A stretch of 64,000 bases of DNA from a virus (taxonomy: Duplodnaviria > Caudoviricetes), in the IMG/VR virus record IMGVR_UViG_2873258297_000006, positions 14,029-78,028 of that record, one strand, 5' to 3'. A program made the position numbers and the translations under genes. The notes below the pieces were generated by a model. The model made no database searches, was not told where the DNA came from, and saw only the letters and a program-made list of their open reading frames with translations. Below are positions 27,535 through 37,774 of this stretch, piece by piece (position 1 is the stretch's first letter; the number at the start of each line of letters is the position of its first letter).

Positions 27535-27836
27535 CCGACCGCCGCCTCATGTCCGCCCGCCGCGCCCAAGAGATTATCGAGGGCGCCGAGTTGGTCAAAG
27601 CCCCCGACTGGCGGGACACCCGCAACTGGCATGTCGTGGCCGCCGACGGCACAGTCCTGGTCGTCGTCGCACCCTCCTACGGCGGCACGTCCCGCACGGG
27701 CCGCAACGGGTGGAAGTACTTCCTGGCCGCGATGGGTCCCTCCGGCAACCGCGACCCAGAACCCACCCGTCAGCAAGCCGCTGCCCGCGGACTCGCCGCA
27801 TGGAAGCGATGGGTTACCACCGCAGCCCGCCGATGA
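27531..27836 (+). CDS. Hypothetical protein
   Basis: ATGA overlap. Confidence 0.6.
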   Translation: MTDRRLMSARRAQEIIEGAELVKAPDWRDTRNWHVVAADGTVLVVVAPSYGGTSRTGRNGWKYFLAAMGPSGNRDPEPTRQQAAARGLAAWKRWVTTAARR

Positions 27837-27894
27837 GCCGCACCGTGCAGGGCCCGCCGCCAGCCCGGGGCGGGCCTGCGGCGTGCGTGCGGCG

Positions 27895-28119
27895 CTAGCT
27901 GGGGTCGCGCCGCCACGGCCGACTGGACTCGCTTGGCCGCCGCCCGCCACCAAACTGGCGCCGTGCGGCAGTCGTCACCATCACCCCGATCAAGACCACC
28001 CCAGACAGGGCCGCAAGGACGGTCCAGCCCTGCGCAATGCTGACGAGAAGCAAGACGAAAGCCGCGACGAATACGCCAGCGTCCACGGCTCCGGGCTTAT
28101 GTGCGGGTGCGTCACTCAT
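27895..28119 (-). CDS. Small membrane protein
   Basis: Two hydrophobic helices. Confidence 0.45.
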   Translation of the reverse strand: MSDAPAHKPGAVDAGVFVAAFVLLLVSIAQGWTVLAALSGVVLIGVMVTTAARRQFGGGRRPSESSRPWRRDPS

Positions 28120-28204
28120 GGCGGCGAGTGTGACGTGTGCCGAGCGTGTCCGGAATGGGTGTTGATGAGTTCGTTACGTCATCTGCCGTCGCGGTCGCTG
28201 ACCA

Positions 28205-28399
28205 TCAGCGCCCCTTGCGTGCCGCGCGGCGGCGCCCGGCCGCGGCCATCTTCGCCATGCGCTTGGCCCCGTACTTCTTGCGTCCAGCAGCTGCTGCGAC
28301 GGCGTTGGGATCTCTGGCGCCTGATCTGCGGGCCGAGGCGGCGACGGCTTTGAACCGCTTGCCCGAGCCGAGCTTCGGGGTCTTCTTCTTCGCTGCCAT
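28205..28399 (-). CDS. Small very basic Lys/Arg/Ala-rich protein
   Basis: MAAKKKTPKLGSGKRFKAVAASARR...; RBS GGAAGG; divergent from terS. Confidence 0.65.
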   Translation of the reverse strand: MAAKKKTPKLGSGKRFKAVAASARRSGARDPNAVAAAAGRKKYGAKRMAKMAAAGRRRAARKGR

Positions 28400-28467
28400 G
28401 CCTTCCATGGTGCGCCCGCGTCAGCGGTTGCGGTAGGGGAGTTAGCGACCAATGCGCGCCCGTGTCC

Positions 28468-28486
28468 TACGATTCAAAGGTGAAGG
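28468..28486 (+). promoter_or_regulatory. Putative late-promoter motif (CTACGATTCAAAGGTGAAGG)
   Basis: Near-identical motif recurs upstream of the portal, capsid and endolysin genes. Confidence 0.55.
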
Positions 28487-28528
28487 TGATGTAATTCTGG
28501 CGATTCAACGGCAGCGAGGAGCTGGGGT

Positions 28529-29128
28529 ATGGCTGGCGGACCCAACCCATACAAGAGGAAAAACCCGGCCGAGCACGCCGAGAAGGCGGCCATCGTCTTC
28601 CAACTCAAGCTTGACGGGCACTCCTTCCGCGCCATCGAAGCGATCACCGCCGCACCCAACGGGCCCACCAATGGTGTCCGCATCCCCTGGACCACCGCCC
28701 GCGACCTCCTGCGCGAGGAGTTGGCACGCCGCGTCGACCCGAAGATCGACGCCTACCGGACCCTCCACCTCGCCCGCCTCGAAGCCGAACTCGTCCGCCT
28801 CAGCGAGCTTGAGGCCCGAGCCAAACAGGTACTCGACCGGCACCACATCACCGTCAACAACGGCCGCGTCATCAGCATCGACGGCGAACCCCTCCAGGAC
28901 GACGGCCCCGTTCTCGCCGCCATCGACCGCCTCATCAAGATCGAAGACGCGCGGCGAAAGAACAACGAATCCCAGCGCAAACTCCTCGGGCTCGACGCCC
29001 CCACCAAAGTCGACGCCCAAGTCACCGAAGTCACCCAGCAGGACATCGAACTGCAGGAGATGCTCCGCGAAGCCAAAGCCAAGGTGCAGATCGAAGAGCA
29101 GCGCATCATCGACGGCGGTAACTCGTGA
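28529..29128 (+). CDS. terS: Terminase small subunit
   Basis: Position before terL; HTH-like N-terminus; RKLLGLDAP(TK) motif. Confidence 0.75.
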   Translation: MAGGPNPYKRKNPAEHAEKAAIVFQLKLDGHSFRAIEAITAAPNGPTNGVRIPWTTARDLLREELARRVDPKIDAYRTLHLARLEAELVRLSELEARAKQVLDRHHITVNNGRVISIDGEPLQDDGPVLAAIDRLIKIEDARRKNNESQRKLLGLDAPTKVDAQVTEVTQQDIELQEMLREAKAKVQIEEQRIIDGGNS

Positions 29129-29364
29129 CCCGCAGCACCTACTTCATCGAATCCCTCGTCCCGTCCTGGCTGATGCACGACGGCGGCTACCGAGCCGCCC
29201 TCACCCAACACCTCCGCGACCGGCTCACCCTCCAGGGCTACGACATCGTCGCCCCCATCCGCATCCGCCCCGAGGCCGGGCAAGTCCCGCCGCCCGTCGG
29301 CATGCTGATGCTGCGCGTCGAAACGGAAGTCGAAGAGTTCGACATCGAGGTCGGCGAGGACTGA
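29125..29364 (+). CDS. Hypothetical protein
   Basis: GTGA overlap between terS and terL. Confidence 0.6.
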   Translation: MTRSTYFIESLVPSWLMHDGGYRAALTQHLRDRLTLQGYDIVAPIRIRPEAGQVPPPVGMLMLRVETEVEEFDIEVGED

Positions 29365-29365
29365 C

Positions 29366-30931
29366 GTGGCGACCGCGACCCGCACCCGCGGCTACCTCGA
29401 AGGCATGGACGCCGAGACGTTCGATCTCACCACCTACCTCGCCCAGTTCGACTCGGTACTGCTGACCCATGAGGACGACGAAGTGCGCGCGGAAGCGCGC
29501 CGCACTTACTCACGCCTGGATCCCGTCTTCTTCGCCGCCACCTACCTGCGCCACCATCTCCGCGACAGCGAAGGGCAGATCACGTTCGGGGATGCGCACC
29601 TCGACTGGTGCCGCGCCGCACGGGCCTGGATCCGTCCGGTCACCGCGCCGGCGCAGCAGCGGGATGCTTATATCGCTCCGAGGAGCATGGGCAAGTCGAC
29701 TTGGTGGTTCATGATCCTGCCGCTGTGGGCCGCCGCTCACGGGCACGTCAAATTTGCTGCCGCCTTCGCGAGTTCGGCAAGCCAGGCGGAAACCCACCTA
29801 GCCTCGTTCAAGGCTGAAATCGATCGAAATAGGCTGCTGCGCCGCGACTTCCCCAGCCTATGTACGCCGGCTAAGCGGCCGTCCGGGGCGAACGTTGCGG
29901 ACACGCAGGCGATGTACATCGCCGAGTCCGGGTTCGCGTTCGCTGCGCGGGGTGTCGATTCCAGTAACCTCGGTATGAAGATCGGGGAGCGCCGTCCAGA
30001 CCTCCTACTGGCGGACGATGTGGAGCCGGATGAAAGTAGCTATTCGGCTGATCTTGCCCGAAAGCGGCTCACCACGCTCCTCGATGCGATCCTGCCGTTG
30101 AACATTTACGCACGGGTCGTGATCTCCGGAACCGTGACCATGACTGGATCTGTAATTCACCAGTTGGTGAAGCATGCTCGTGGCGTTGAGACGGCCGACT
30201 GGATTCGCGACGAGGGGATCCGCGCGCACTACACGCCGCCGATCGTGAAGCGCGCCGACGGCACGGAGCGCAGTGTGTGGCCGGCGAAGTGGCCCATCGA
30301 ATATCTGCGATCTATAGAGGGGACCAGGAGCTATGCCAAAAACATGGCCAACGATCCGCTCGGCGCGGACGGTGATCTGTGGACGCCGGACGACTTCCGC
30401 TACCCGGGCGACGAAGGTGTGGACCCGGTTACGCACATGATGCTGTCGATCGACCCCGCGGTCACCGCGAAGCGGTCCAGCGACTTCACGGGTTTGGGGG
30501 TGGTGTCGTGGTCGGCCCGGCATCAGCGGTGCACCGTGCATGTCGCGACCGCAGTGAAGGTGCAGCCGGGGCCGCTGCTGCGGGACAAGGTGCTCGCGCT
30601 GCTCGATGAGTTCCCGCAGATCGGGCTGATCCTGGTCGAGGTGAATCAGGGTCAGGACACGTGGCAGGCGATCTTCCATGGGATGCCGGTGAAGGTGAAG
30701 ACGGTCAGTCAGACGGAGCCCAAGTTCACGCGCGCTGAGGGGGTGCTGAATCACTATCAGCGGGGCCGGGTGATCCATGCGCGCAGGCTGCGGGAGTTGG
30801 AAGAGCAGATGTGCGCCTTCCCGAAGGCGCCGCACGACGACCTCGTCGACTGTGTCGGGTCGGCTATCCGGCGTTTCATCCCGAACAAGCCGAGGAAGGT
30901 TACGCAGGCAAGCGCCGGGAGTTACCTTTGA
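29366..30931 (+). CDS. terL: Terminase large subunit
   Basis: Walker A APRSMGKST, LLLADDVE, nuclease SIDPA and FPKAPHDDLVD motifs. Confidence 0.9.
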   Translation: MATATRTRGYLEGMDAETFDLTTYLAQFDSVLLTHEDDEVRAEARRTYSRLDPVFFAATYLRHHLRDSEGQITFGDAHLDWCRAARAWIRPVTAPAQQRDAYIAPRSMGKSTWWFMILPLWAAAHGHVKFAAAFASSASQAETHLASFKAEIDRNRLLRRDFPSLCTPAKRPSGANVADTQAMYIAESGFAFAARGVDSSNLGMKIGERRPDLLLADDVEPDESSYSADLARKRLTTLLDAILPLNIYARVVISGTVTMTGSVIHQLVKHARGVETADWIRDEGIRAHYTPPIVKRADGTERSVWPAKWPIEYLRSIEGTRSYAKNMANDPLGADGDLWTPDDFRYPGDEGVDPVTHMMLSIDPAVTAKRSSDFTGLGVVSWSARHQRCTVHVATAVKVQPGPLLRDKVLALLDEFPQIGLILVEVNQGQDTWQAIFHGMPVKVKTVSQTEPKFTRAEGVLNHYQRGRVIHARRLRELEEQMCAFPKAPHDDLVDCVGSAIRRFIPNKPRKVTQASAGSYL

Positions 30932-30967
30932 TTCCAAGGTGAAGGGTTATCATCACCCTAATGAAGG

Positions 30968-32524
30968 GTGGTGGTTGTGAGTATCGATGACCTGATGTGC
31001 GGCATCGAGGAGCTCGCCGAGGCGCGCCCCGACTACGACACCGCCGCCATGTACTACGACGGCACCGCCCCCGAGATCTTCGCCAGCAGCAAGATCCGTG
31101 CCGCCCTGCGCGCCCACAACATCGACTTCGAGCTCAACTTCGCGAAGACCCCCGTCAACGCGGTCGTCGACCGCCTCGAGGTCGCCGCGATCTCCAGTAG
31201 TGACGAGAAGATCACCGCGCTCATCTCCCGCATGTGGGACGACAATCAGCTCGACCTGGAGTTCCGCAACCTGCACCGCCGCACGTGCGAGTTCGGTGAT
31301 GCCTATTTCATCTGCCTGCCCGTTGAGGACGACAACGGCACCGTCGTGCGGGTCGACATGTTCTACAACTCGCCGCAGACGGTGCGGGTCATCTACTCGC
31401 AGGAGAACCCGCGCCTCAAACAGTTCGCGATCAAGAAGTGGGCTGACGGTCGCTACCTGCGGGCCGAGCTGTACTACGCGGACCGCATCGAACGCTGGAC
31501 GACGAAGGTCGACACCACCGGCGGACAGCAGACGGACTGGGAAGAGTGGCTGGCCGAACCCGAACCGGACGGCGACGGCACCGTAGGCGAACCCGACCCC
31601 GACTCGTGGTACATCGCCCACGACTACGGCGAGATCCCCGTCTTCCACTACCGCAACGACCACCCCTACGGGCAGCCCGAACACTACGGTGCCTACGGCC
31701 CACAGAACGCCATCAACAAACTCCAGGCCACCCACATGGGCACGGTCGACTACCAGGGCTTCCCGCAGCGCTACGCCCTCACCGAAGCCGCCACCACCGA
31801 CACCTCCGACCTGGAGCCCGGCGACTGGGACGACGCCGACTTCCCCGAGGACACCACCGGCCGCGGCCCCTCCGACACCGGCGACGACTCCTCCCTCAAA
31901 GCCGGGCCCGGCGAAGTGCTGCTGCTGCGCGGCTTCAAGAACGTCGGCCAGTTCGACGCGGCCAAGCCGGAGATCTTCCTCAACCCACTCATGTTCAACG
32001 TGCGGGCGATGGCGCAGATCACCGTCACCCCCCTGCACCTGTTCGACCCGCAAGGCGACCAGCCGTCCGGCGAGTCGGTGCGCGCCAAGGAAGCCCCGTT
32101 CATCCGCAAGGTGCGTGACCGGCAGCTGTTCATCGGCGCCACCCACCGCGAAATGATCGTGTTCTGTCTGCGCCAGTTCGGCATTCCGAACCCGGTTGTT
32201 GACGTGCGCTGGGCGGCCGCCGCCACCATCGACGACAAGGACGGCTGGCTCACCGTCGGCGAAAAGATCCGCAACGGTGTGCCGCGCAAGCAGGCATTGA
32301 TGGAGGCCGGCTACCGGGCCGAGCAGGTCGACGAATGGCTGGAGGGTGTGGACGACGCCGAGCTCACCCGCCGCGTCGACATCCTCGCAACTGTCGCCGA
32401 CTCCGCCCAGAAGCTTGGCGCCGCTGCCACGCTCGGCGTCATCGACAACGCCCAAGCGCATGCCCTCCTCAACGGCGCCCTGTCGGACATCGAACTGCTG
32501 GCCGGGGTGGAGGCGAGGACATGA
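30968..32524 (+). CDS. Portal protein (SPP1 gp6-like)
   Basis: Follows terL; 518 aa; YY.G...NFAKTPVNAVVDRL and MWDDNQLD patterns. Confidence 0.9.
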   Translation: MVVVSIDDLMCGIEELAEARPDYDTAAMYYDGTAPEIFASSKIRAALRAHNIDFELNFAKTPVNAVVDRLEVAAISSSDEKITALISRMWDDNQLDLEFRNLHRRTCEFGDAYFICLPVEDDNGTVVRVDMFYNSPQTVRVIYSQENPRLKQFAIKKWADGRYLRAELYYADRIERWTTKVDTTGGQQTDWEEWLAEPEPDGDGTVGEPDPDSWYIAHDYGEIPVFHYRNDHPYGQPEHYGAYGPQNAINKLQATHMGTVDYQGFPQRYALTEAATTDTSDLEPGDWDDADFPEDTTGRGPSDTGDDSSLKAGPGEVLLLRGFKNVGQFDAAKPEIFLNPLMFNVRAMAQITVTPLHLFDPQGDQPSGESVRAKEAPFIRKVRDRQLFIGATHREMIVFCLRQFGIPNPVVDVRWAAAATIDDKDGWLTVGEKIRNGVPRKQALMEAGYRAEQVDEWLEGVDDAELTRRVDILATVADSAQKLGAAATLGVIDNAQAHALLNGALSDIELLAGVEART

Positions 32525-33558
32525 TGGCCCGCCGTGCAGCCAACGACGAACTGGCCGAGCTGGTGCAGGGCGAGCAGACCGACGCCGTGCGGGTTCTCGA
32601 AGACCGCATCGCCGTCCGCGCCGTAGGTACCCTCGATGACCGGTTCACGATCCTGTCGCAGAGATCTCTCACTGCCTGGGTCACTGCATTCGGTGGCGTG
32701 GCTGCCGAGGCAAGCGATCCCGGCGCATTGCGGCGGATTCTGGCGAGCATTCGGGCGGCGATCCGACGCCTCCTCACGCCGCTCGGGAGGCGCGCCGAGC
32801 AGGTCCTCACCGAAGCGCTCGCCGAAGCGGTCATGCTGGGCGCACAGCAGCACGCCGCCTTCGTCTCGGAAGCTACCGGGCGCCGCAACCGGCCAGTCAC
32901 CAGCCGCGTCTCCGGGGCGCTGCGCGCCAGAGCCGCCGCCATCACTCAAGCCGTCACCGACAGACGCGACCGGGCCCTCGCCGCACTCCGCCCCAACCGG
33001 ACCCGCCGCTGGAGCGAAGTACAGACCGGCATCGGCGTGGCTCGCAGCGCCATCCCGGCCGTCCGCACCCACATCACCACCACCGTGAACGAGGCCGTCA
33101 ACGAAGCGGCCGAGACAGCCATCAAGCATGCGGGCGAGAAGAAGGTGTGGATCGCCGAACGCGATGCCTGCGTCAACTGTGCTGCCTATGCGGGCCTGAC
33201 CGTCGCCGCCGAGGCGAAGTTCCCAGCCGGCCTGTCCTGGGACCCGAACCAGCGGGGCCGCGGCGAGGCGTTGGCCGCTCCGCCGAAACATCCGAGCTGC
33301 CGATGCCGTGTCACTGCCTGGCAGGACGCCTGGAAACAGGACGGCGTGATCTCGTTCCCGGATTCGCTGCGCCGTGAGGCCCGCCGCTCCATCGCCCGCG
33401 GCTGGAGTCTGCCCACCGAATCCGGCGCCGCCCGCATCCGGGCGGCCCGTGAACTCCTGCGCACCGGCGCAGGTCTACCGAAGAGCGTCGAGGAGTTCGC
33501 CGCTCAAGCCGTCCGGGCCGGCCGCTTTGCCGACCGCACCTTCCCGACCGGCCCGTGA
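32521..33558 (+). CDS. Head morphogenesis protein (MuF-like)
   Basis: Follows the portal; KVWIAERDACVNC...PPKHPSCRC motif. Confidence 0.75.
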   Translation: MMARRAANDELAELVQGEQTDAVRVLEDRIAVRAVGTLDDRFTILSQRSLTAWVTAFGGVAAEASDPGALRRILASIRAAIRRLLTPLGRRAEQVLTEALAEAVMLGAQQHAAFVSEATGRRNRPVTSRVSGALRARAAAITQAVTDRRDRALAALRPNRTRRWSEVQTGIGVARSAIPAVRTHITTTVNEAVNEAAETAIKHAGEKKVWIAERDACVNCAAYAGLTVAAEAKFPAGLSWDPNQRGRGEALAAPPKHPSCRCRVTAWQDAWKQDGVISFPDSLRREARRSIARGWSLPTESGAARIRAARELLRTGAGLPKSVEEFAAQAVRAGRFADRTFPTGP

Positions 33559-33590
33559 TGGGCAACCCGCAACCCCGCGATGGGAGCACC

Positions 33591-34400
33591 ATGAACACTT
33601 TTCCCCGCCGCACGGTGGCCCGTGCCGTCCGCGGCATCAGCCTGCCGCCGCGCACCATCGTCGGCTACGTCGCAGGCCGCCCCGTCTACAACATCGCAGG
33701 CGGCGCCGAAGGCGACGAGCAGGACACCGATGTCGACATGGGCGACGAGTCCGGCACCGAGGACCCTGACCGCGACGAGCCCGAGGCAGAACCCGGAGCC
33801 GAGCCGGACGAGGAGCCCAAGCCGAAACCGCCCGCGAAGAAGGCCGCCCCCAAGCCGGGCGACGACGACTACGTCGCCCCATCACGCACGGAGTGGGAGC
33901 GGACGCAGGCCGCCCTCAAGAAGGCCAACGACGACGCGAAGCGGCACCGGCTGCGCAACAAGGAGTTGGAAGAGAAGACCCGCGCCGACGAGACCGAGCA
34001 CGAGAAGGCGCTGCGCCTGGCCCGCGAGGAGGGTGAGAAGAAGTTCCGTGCCCCGCTCGTGCGCACCGCGGCCCGCTCTGCGCTCGTTGAGGCCGGGGCG
34101 CTGGCGTTCCTGTCGGAGGAGAAGGAGCCCAACTCGCGCGAGGCCAGGGAGAAGGGCGAGTCGCGGCTGAGCCGGCTGATGAAGCTCCTCGACACCGACG
34201 TTCTCGACGTGGATGAGGACGGGGCCGTGTCTGGGTTGGAGGCTGCGGTCGACGATCTGCGTGCCGACTACCCGGAGTTGTTCGCCGCGCCGAGGTCGAA
34301 GCCGAAGGCGCGGCCGACGGGTGCGCCCCGTCCGGCGGCACCGGAGAAGCCGAAGTCGGCGGCGGAACAGCATGCGGCCCGTGTCCTGGGCCGCGCTTGA
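33591..34400 (+). CDS. Capsid scaffolding protein
   Basis: Acidic N-terminus plus coiled coil, directly upstream of the capsid gene. Confidence 0.75.
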   Translation: MNTFPRRTVARAVRGISLPPRTIVGYVAGRPVYNIAGGAEGDEQDTDVDMGDESGTEDPDRDEPEAEPGAEPDEEPKPKPPAKKAAPKPGDDDYVAPSRTEWERTQAALKKANDDAKRHRLRNKELEEKTRADETEHEKALRLAREEGEKKFRAPLVRTAARSALVEAGALAFLSEEKEPNSREAREKGESRLSRLMKLLDTDVLDVDEDGAVSGLEAAVDDLRADYPELFAAPRSKPKARPTGAPRPAAPEKPKSAAEQHAARVLGRA

Positions 34401-34535
34401 CATTCCAAGGTATATTCGTCGTGCGATGAATTGATTCGGTGATCGGATCAGGCCACCGCCCTTGTATGCGAAGGCGCCCGTGATGGGGCCAGAGCCCACC
34501 AGCTACCCCCATCACGCCGCCCGCAGGAGGGCTCA

Positions 34536-35441
34536 ATGGCTCGCAACACCATGGAGGCCTGGATCCCGGAAGAGTACGACTCCGCGGTCATCCAGCGAAT
34601 CACCCAGACGTCCGTCATCGAGGCCCTCGCCAACCGCCTCCCCATGACGTCCGACACCCGCCACGCCCCCCGCTCCGCAGGCATGGGCGTCGAGGTCATC
34701 GACAAGGGCGGCGCCTACGGCGAGGACACCAGCCTCAACGACGACGTCGTCCTCACCGCCAAGAAGTTCGGCAAGGTCGTCCGCATCGCCGAGGAGGACA
34801 TCAATGATGCCCTCCCCAACACGCTCGCCGTGAAGATGAAGGACTGGGGTATCTCCTACGCGAAGATCCTCGACAACGCCTGCCTCGGCGTCACCGCGGC
34901 CCCCGGCGCCGGTGTCCCCTTCCAGTCGCTGTACAGCCTGCTCAACACCACGGACGCCACCCTCGGCTACACCGGCGGCGACAACATCACCACCGCGGCC
35001 TCCTCCGGCGCAACCTACGACGACTACTCCACCGCCATCGGCGACGTCGAGGCGGGCGACTACTACGACCCGGCCACGATGATCTCCATCGCGCACCCGT
35101 CGTTCAAGAAGTCCATGCGCGGCATCAAGGACAGCCAGCAGCGCCCGATCTTCATCGAGGGCCTCGCCGGAACTCCCGACACAATCTTCAGTGTGCCGAT
35201 CCACTGGTCGCTCGGCGCCCGCCAGCACGCTACCGCCACCGCCGCCCCGACCGGACGGCCCCTCATGGCGTTCGTCTCCACCGACCTCATGCTCCTCGGC
35301 ATCCGCTCCGGCCCCGAGAGCGTGTTCATCGACGGACGCGACGGCACCTCCGCCCTCACCGACGAGTCGCTGCTGAAGATGCGTGCCCGCCGCGGCTGGG
35401 CCTACGGCCACCCGGCCGGCGCGTCCATCCTCGTCGGCTGA
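34536..35441 (+). CDS. Major capsid protein (HK97 fold)
   Basis: 301 aa; WIPEEY..., LTAKKFGKVVRIAEE; RBS AGGAGG. Confidence 0.9.
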   Translation: MARNTMEAWIPEEYDSAVIQRITQTSVIEALANRLPMTSDTRHAPRSAGMGVEVIDKGGAYGEDTSLNDDVVLTAKKFGKVVRIAEEDINDALPNTLAVKMKDWGISYAKILDNACLGVTAAPGAGVPFQSLYSLLNTTDATLGYTGGDNITTAASSGATYDDYSTAIGDVEAGDYYDPATMISIAHPSFKKSMRGIKDSQQRPIFIEGLAGTPDTIFSVPIHWSLGARQHATATAAPTGRPLMAFVSTDLMLLGIRSGPESVFIDGRDGTSALTDESLLKMRARRGWAYGHPAGASILVG

Positions 35442-35509
35442 CCCTCACTTCCCCACCCCTGCACCGCCCTTGTGGCTGGGCGGTGCAGGCCTACCGGAAG
35501 GAGGAAGCC

Positions 35510-35893
35510 ATGGCAGCAGCGAAGAAGACGGCAGCCAGCGTCCGCGCCAAGCAGTTCCCGGCGCAGGAAGGCGAGCCGGAGACTGAGGTCGACGAGCGGT
35601 CTGCGGACGGCGCCGAAGGCCTGCGGTACGTCAAGGAGTTCGTCGTCCTCAAAACGTCGTGGCCTGCCCGCGACGAGGACGAGGCGCACAAGGCGAACGG
35701 GGCGGCCGTCTGCAACGAGGCTATCCAGCGCGGCCTCCACCCGCGTGGCGACGTCTCGTTCGACGGCGCCGAGGATCACCCCGACGGGTACTCCGTGACC
35801 CTCACCTACAGCGTGCGGACGGTCCCGTCGTCTGTCGATGACACCCCGCAGGACACCACCACCCCGCGGGACGTCATCGAGGGCACGGAGTAG
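35510..35893 (+). CDS. Hypothetical virion-associated protein
   Basis: RBS GGAGGAAG; follows the capsid gene and a hairpin at about 35458-35490. Confidence 0.7.
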   Translation: MAAAKKTAASVRAKQFPAQEGEPETEVDERSADGAEGLRYVKEFVVLKTSWPARDEDEAHKANGAAVCNEAIQRGLHPRGDVSFDGAEDHPDGYSVTLTYSVRTVPSSVDDTPQDTTTPRDVIEGTE

Positions 35894-35897
35894 CGCC

Positions 35898-36341
35898 ATG
35901 GTCGACGCTTGGGCCACGCCGCAGCAGGTCATCGACATCACCGGTGTCACGGTGACCGATGCCGAGCTGTCTCGGGCGCAGTCCAGCGTCGAGGTGTTCT
36001 GCAACCGGATCTACACCGACACCCCGCGCATGCGGCTGCGGGACCTGTACTGGCTCGCCCGTGCCGTCGCTTACCAGGCGGCGTGGGAGAAGGGGCAGTT
36101 CGACCTCAACACCCGACTGGACGCTAACCAGGTCCAGCAGGACGGCATCGTCGCCAACCTTGCCGAGAAGGCGATGACGTTGGGCCCGAGGGCGAAGGGT
36201 GCGCTGCAGCGCTGCTCCTGGATGCGGTCACGCACCATCCACCTGCGGACCCCGTTGGAGAGTGCAGGCCGCTACGCCAACGCACTCGCTGACGCATCCG
36301 ACGACCAGCAGCAGTGGATGCCGATGGGCGGCCGCGGATGA
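35898..36341 (+). CDS. Head-tail adaptor
   Basis: Position and size; WATPQQV..ITG. Confidence 0.7.
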   Translation: MVDAWATPQQVIDITGVTVTDAELSRAQSSVEVFCNRIYTDTPRMRLRDLYWLARAVAYQAAWEKGQFDLNTRLDANQVQQDGIVANLAEKAMTLGPRAKGALQRCSWMRSRTIHLRTPLESAGRYANALADASDDQQQWMPMGGRG

Positions 36342-36673
36342 ACGTGGCCACCACCACCGTCAGCATTCTCGGCGGCACCAGCGAGGACGAGTTCGGGGAC
36401 GAGACCGACGGCAACACCGTCCTCGCCTCCCGCATCCCGGCCTCGCTAGTCGAGTCCACACGCACCGCATCCGAGCCGGTCTCCGGCATCAAACGAATCG
36501 TCCGCACCCACATCTGCCGCCTGCCCCCGGACACCGCGGTCGATGAGAACAAGCGGATCAAGGACGAGGTGACGCAGGAGATCTACATCGTCGTCTCCGT
36601 CACGAAGAACTCCAACCCCGTCCTCGCGCAGCCCCTGCGCGCGGACCTGAAACGCACAGGACGAGCCGCCTGA
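36338..36673 (+). CDS. Head closure/stopper protein
   Basis: Position; EDEFGDE motif. Confidence 0.7.
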   Translation: MNVATTTVSILGGTSEDEFGDETDGNTVLASRIPASLVESTRTASEPVSGIKRIVRTHICRLPPDTAVDENKRIKDEVTQEIYIVVSVTKNSNPVLAQPLRADLKRTGRAA

Positions 36674-36772
36674 GGCTCCGACATAGCAACACCGCCCCGC
36701 CCGGCACCCGCGGCCCGTAAACGGCCAGCCAGGCAGGCACCGACAGCCATCCGTAGAGGAGGTGCAGGAGAG

Positions 36773-37147
36773 ATGAGCGCTGCGTTCACGCTCACGGTCA
36801 ACACCGCATGGCCGGAAGAGGTCGACCATGCATCCTCCCGCTTCCTCGAATCGGTGGCACTGGGCATCGAGACGGACGCCAAGCGGCTGGCCGCCGTCGA
36901 CACCGGACTGATGCGATCGCGTATCTACCGTGAGGTCAACGATCTGACCGCCCGCATTGGAGTTCGGGACGTCGAATACTGGATGACCGTCGAGTTCGGG
37001 TCCGGCCCGCACGTCATCACCCCCGTCAACAGGAAAGCCCTGTACTGGCCCGGCGCTAGGCACCCTGTTGCTCGCGTCAACCACCCGGGCACCCCCGTGC
37101 AGCCGTTCCTCCGGCCCGCACTCATGCGCAGGCGGGAGGCACTCTGA
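36773..37147 (+). CDS. Neck protein (HK97 gp10-like)
   Basis: AAVDTGLMRSRI...VEFGSG...HPGTPVQPFLRPAL. Confidence 0.8.
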   Translation: MSAAFTLTVNTAWPEEVDHASSRFLESVALGIETDAKRLAAVDTGLMRSRIYREVNDLTARIGVRDVEYWMTVEFGSGPHVITPVNRKALYWPGARHPVARVNHPGTPVQPFLRPALMRRREAL

Positions 37148-37599
37148 TGGCCGCCACCCCGCGTGCGAACTCCGAACTCGTTGCCGTGGCCTGGCTGCAG
37201 GGCGCTGCTGGCATGGAGGCCGGCCAGGTCGCGACCACCCTTCCATCGGACCAGGCCGCGTGGGAGGCGAACGGGTTCGTGCAGGTGCCCATGATTGTGG
37301 GCGGAACCCCGCAGCTGCACTACGCGCTGCGCGAGCCCGTCGTGCAGGTCGACGCATGGGCAGTCAACCGGAACTCGGGCAAGCCGCCGTGGGGTAAGGC
37401 CGCAAGCCTCATGGAGCTGATCGTCGCGGCGACCTACGACACGGCGCGCATGCAGCGAACTCTCATCCTGCCGTCCGGCTACCCCCAGGCCCGCGTCATG
37501 ACCGCCCACTTCATAACCGAGCCGCGCCGGATCCCGGCCGATGACGCCTCGTGCGCCCGCTATTCGGCCGATCTCGCCTTGCATTGGATCACCCTCTAG
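37147..37599 (+). CDS. Tail terminator/completion protein
   Basis: Position before the tail tube; VVQVDAWA. Confidence 0.7.
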   Translation: MAATPRANSELVAVAWLQGAAGMEAGQVATTLPSDQAAWEANGFVQVPMIVGGTPQLHYALREPVVQVDAWAVNRNSGKPPWGKAASLMELIVAATYDTARMQRTLILPSGYPQARVMTAHFITEPRRIPADDASCARYSADLALHWITL

Positions 37600-37606
37600 G
37601 AGCGCC

Positions 37607-37771
37607 ATGCCGATCGTCCGCACCACCATCCAGCCCCATCTCGAGGTCGAGGTCTCCGACGCGGAGTACACCGACCTGAAGCGACAGGGCCTCCTCATCG
37701 AGGACGCCCCGGCCGCTGCTCCTGCCGCCGCACCGGCCAAGACCACCGCCGCAGCGAAGAGCAAGGAGTAG
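37607..37771 (+). CDS. Small hypothetical protein
   Basis: RBS TAGGAG; 54 aa. Confidence 0.6.
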   Translation: MPIVRTTIQPHLEVEVSDAEYTDLKRQGLLIEDAPAAAPAAAPAKTTAAAKSKE

Positions 37772-37774
37772 GAC

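Noticed and set aside
27813-27975. Same peptide VTTAARR in two convergent ORFs
   Set aside because: The underlying DNA differs and the residues are common in GC-rich ORFs; likely coincidence
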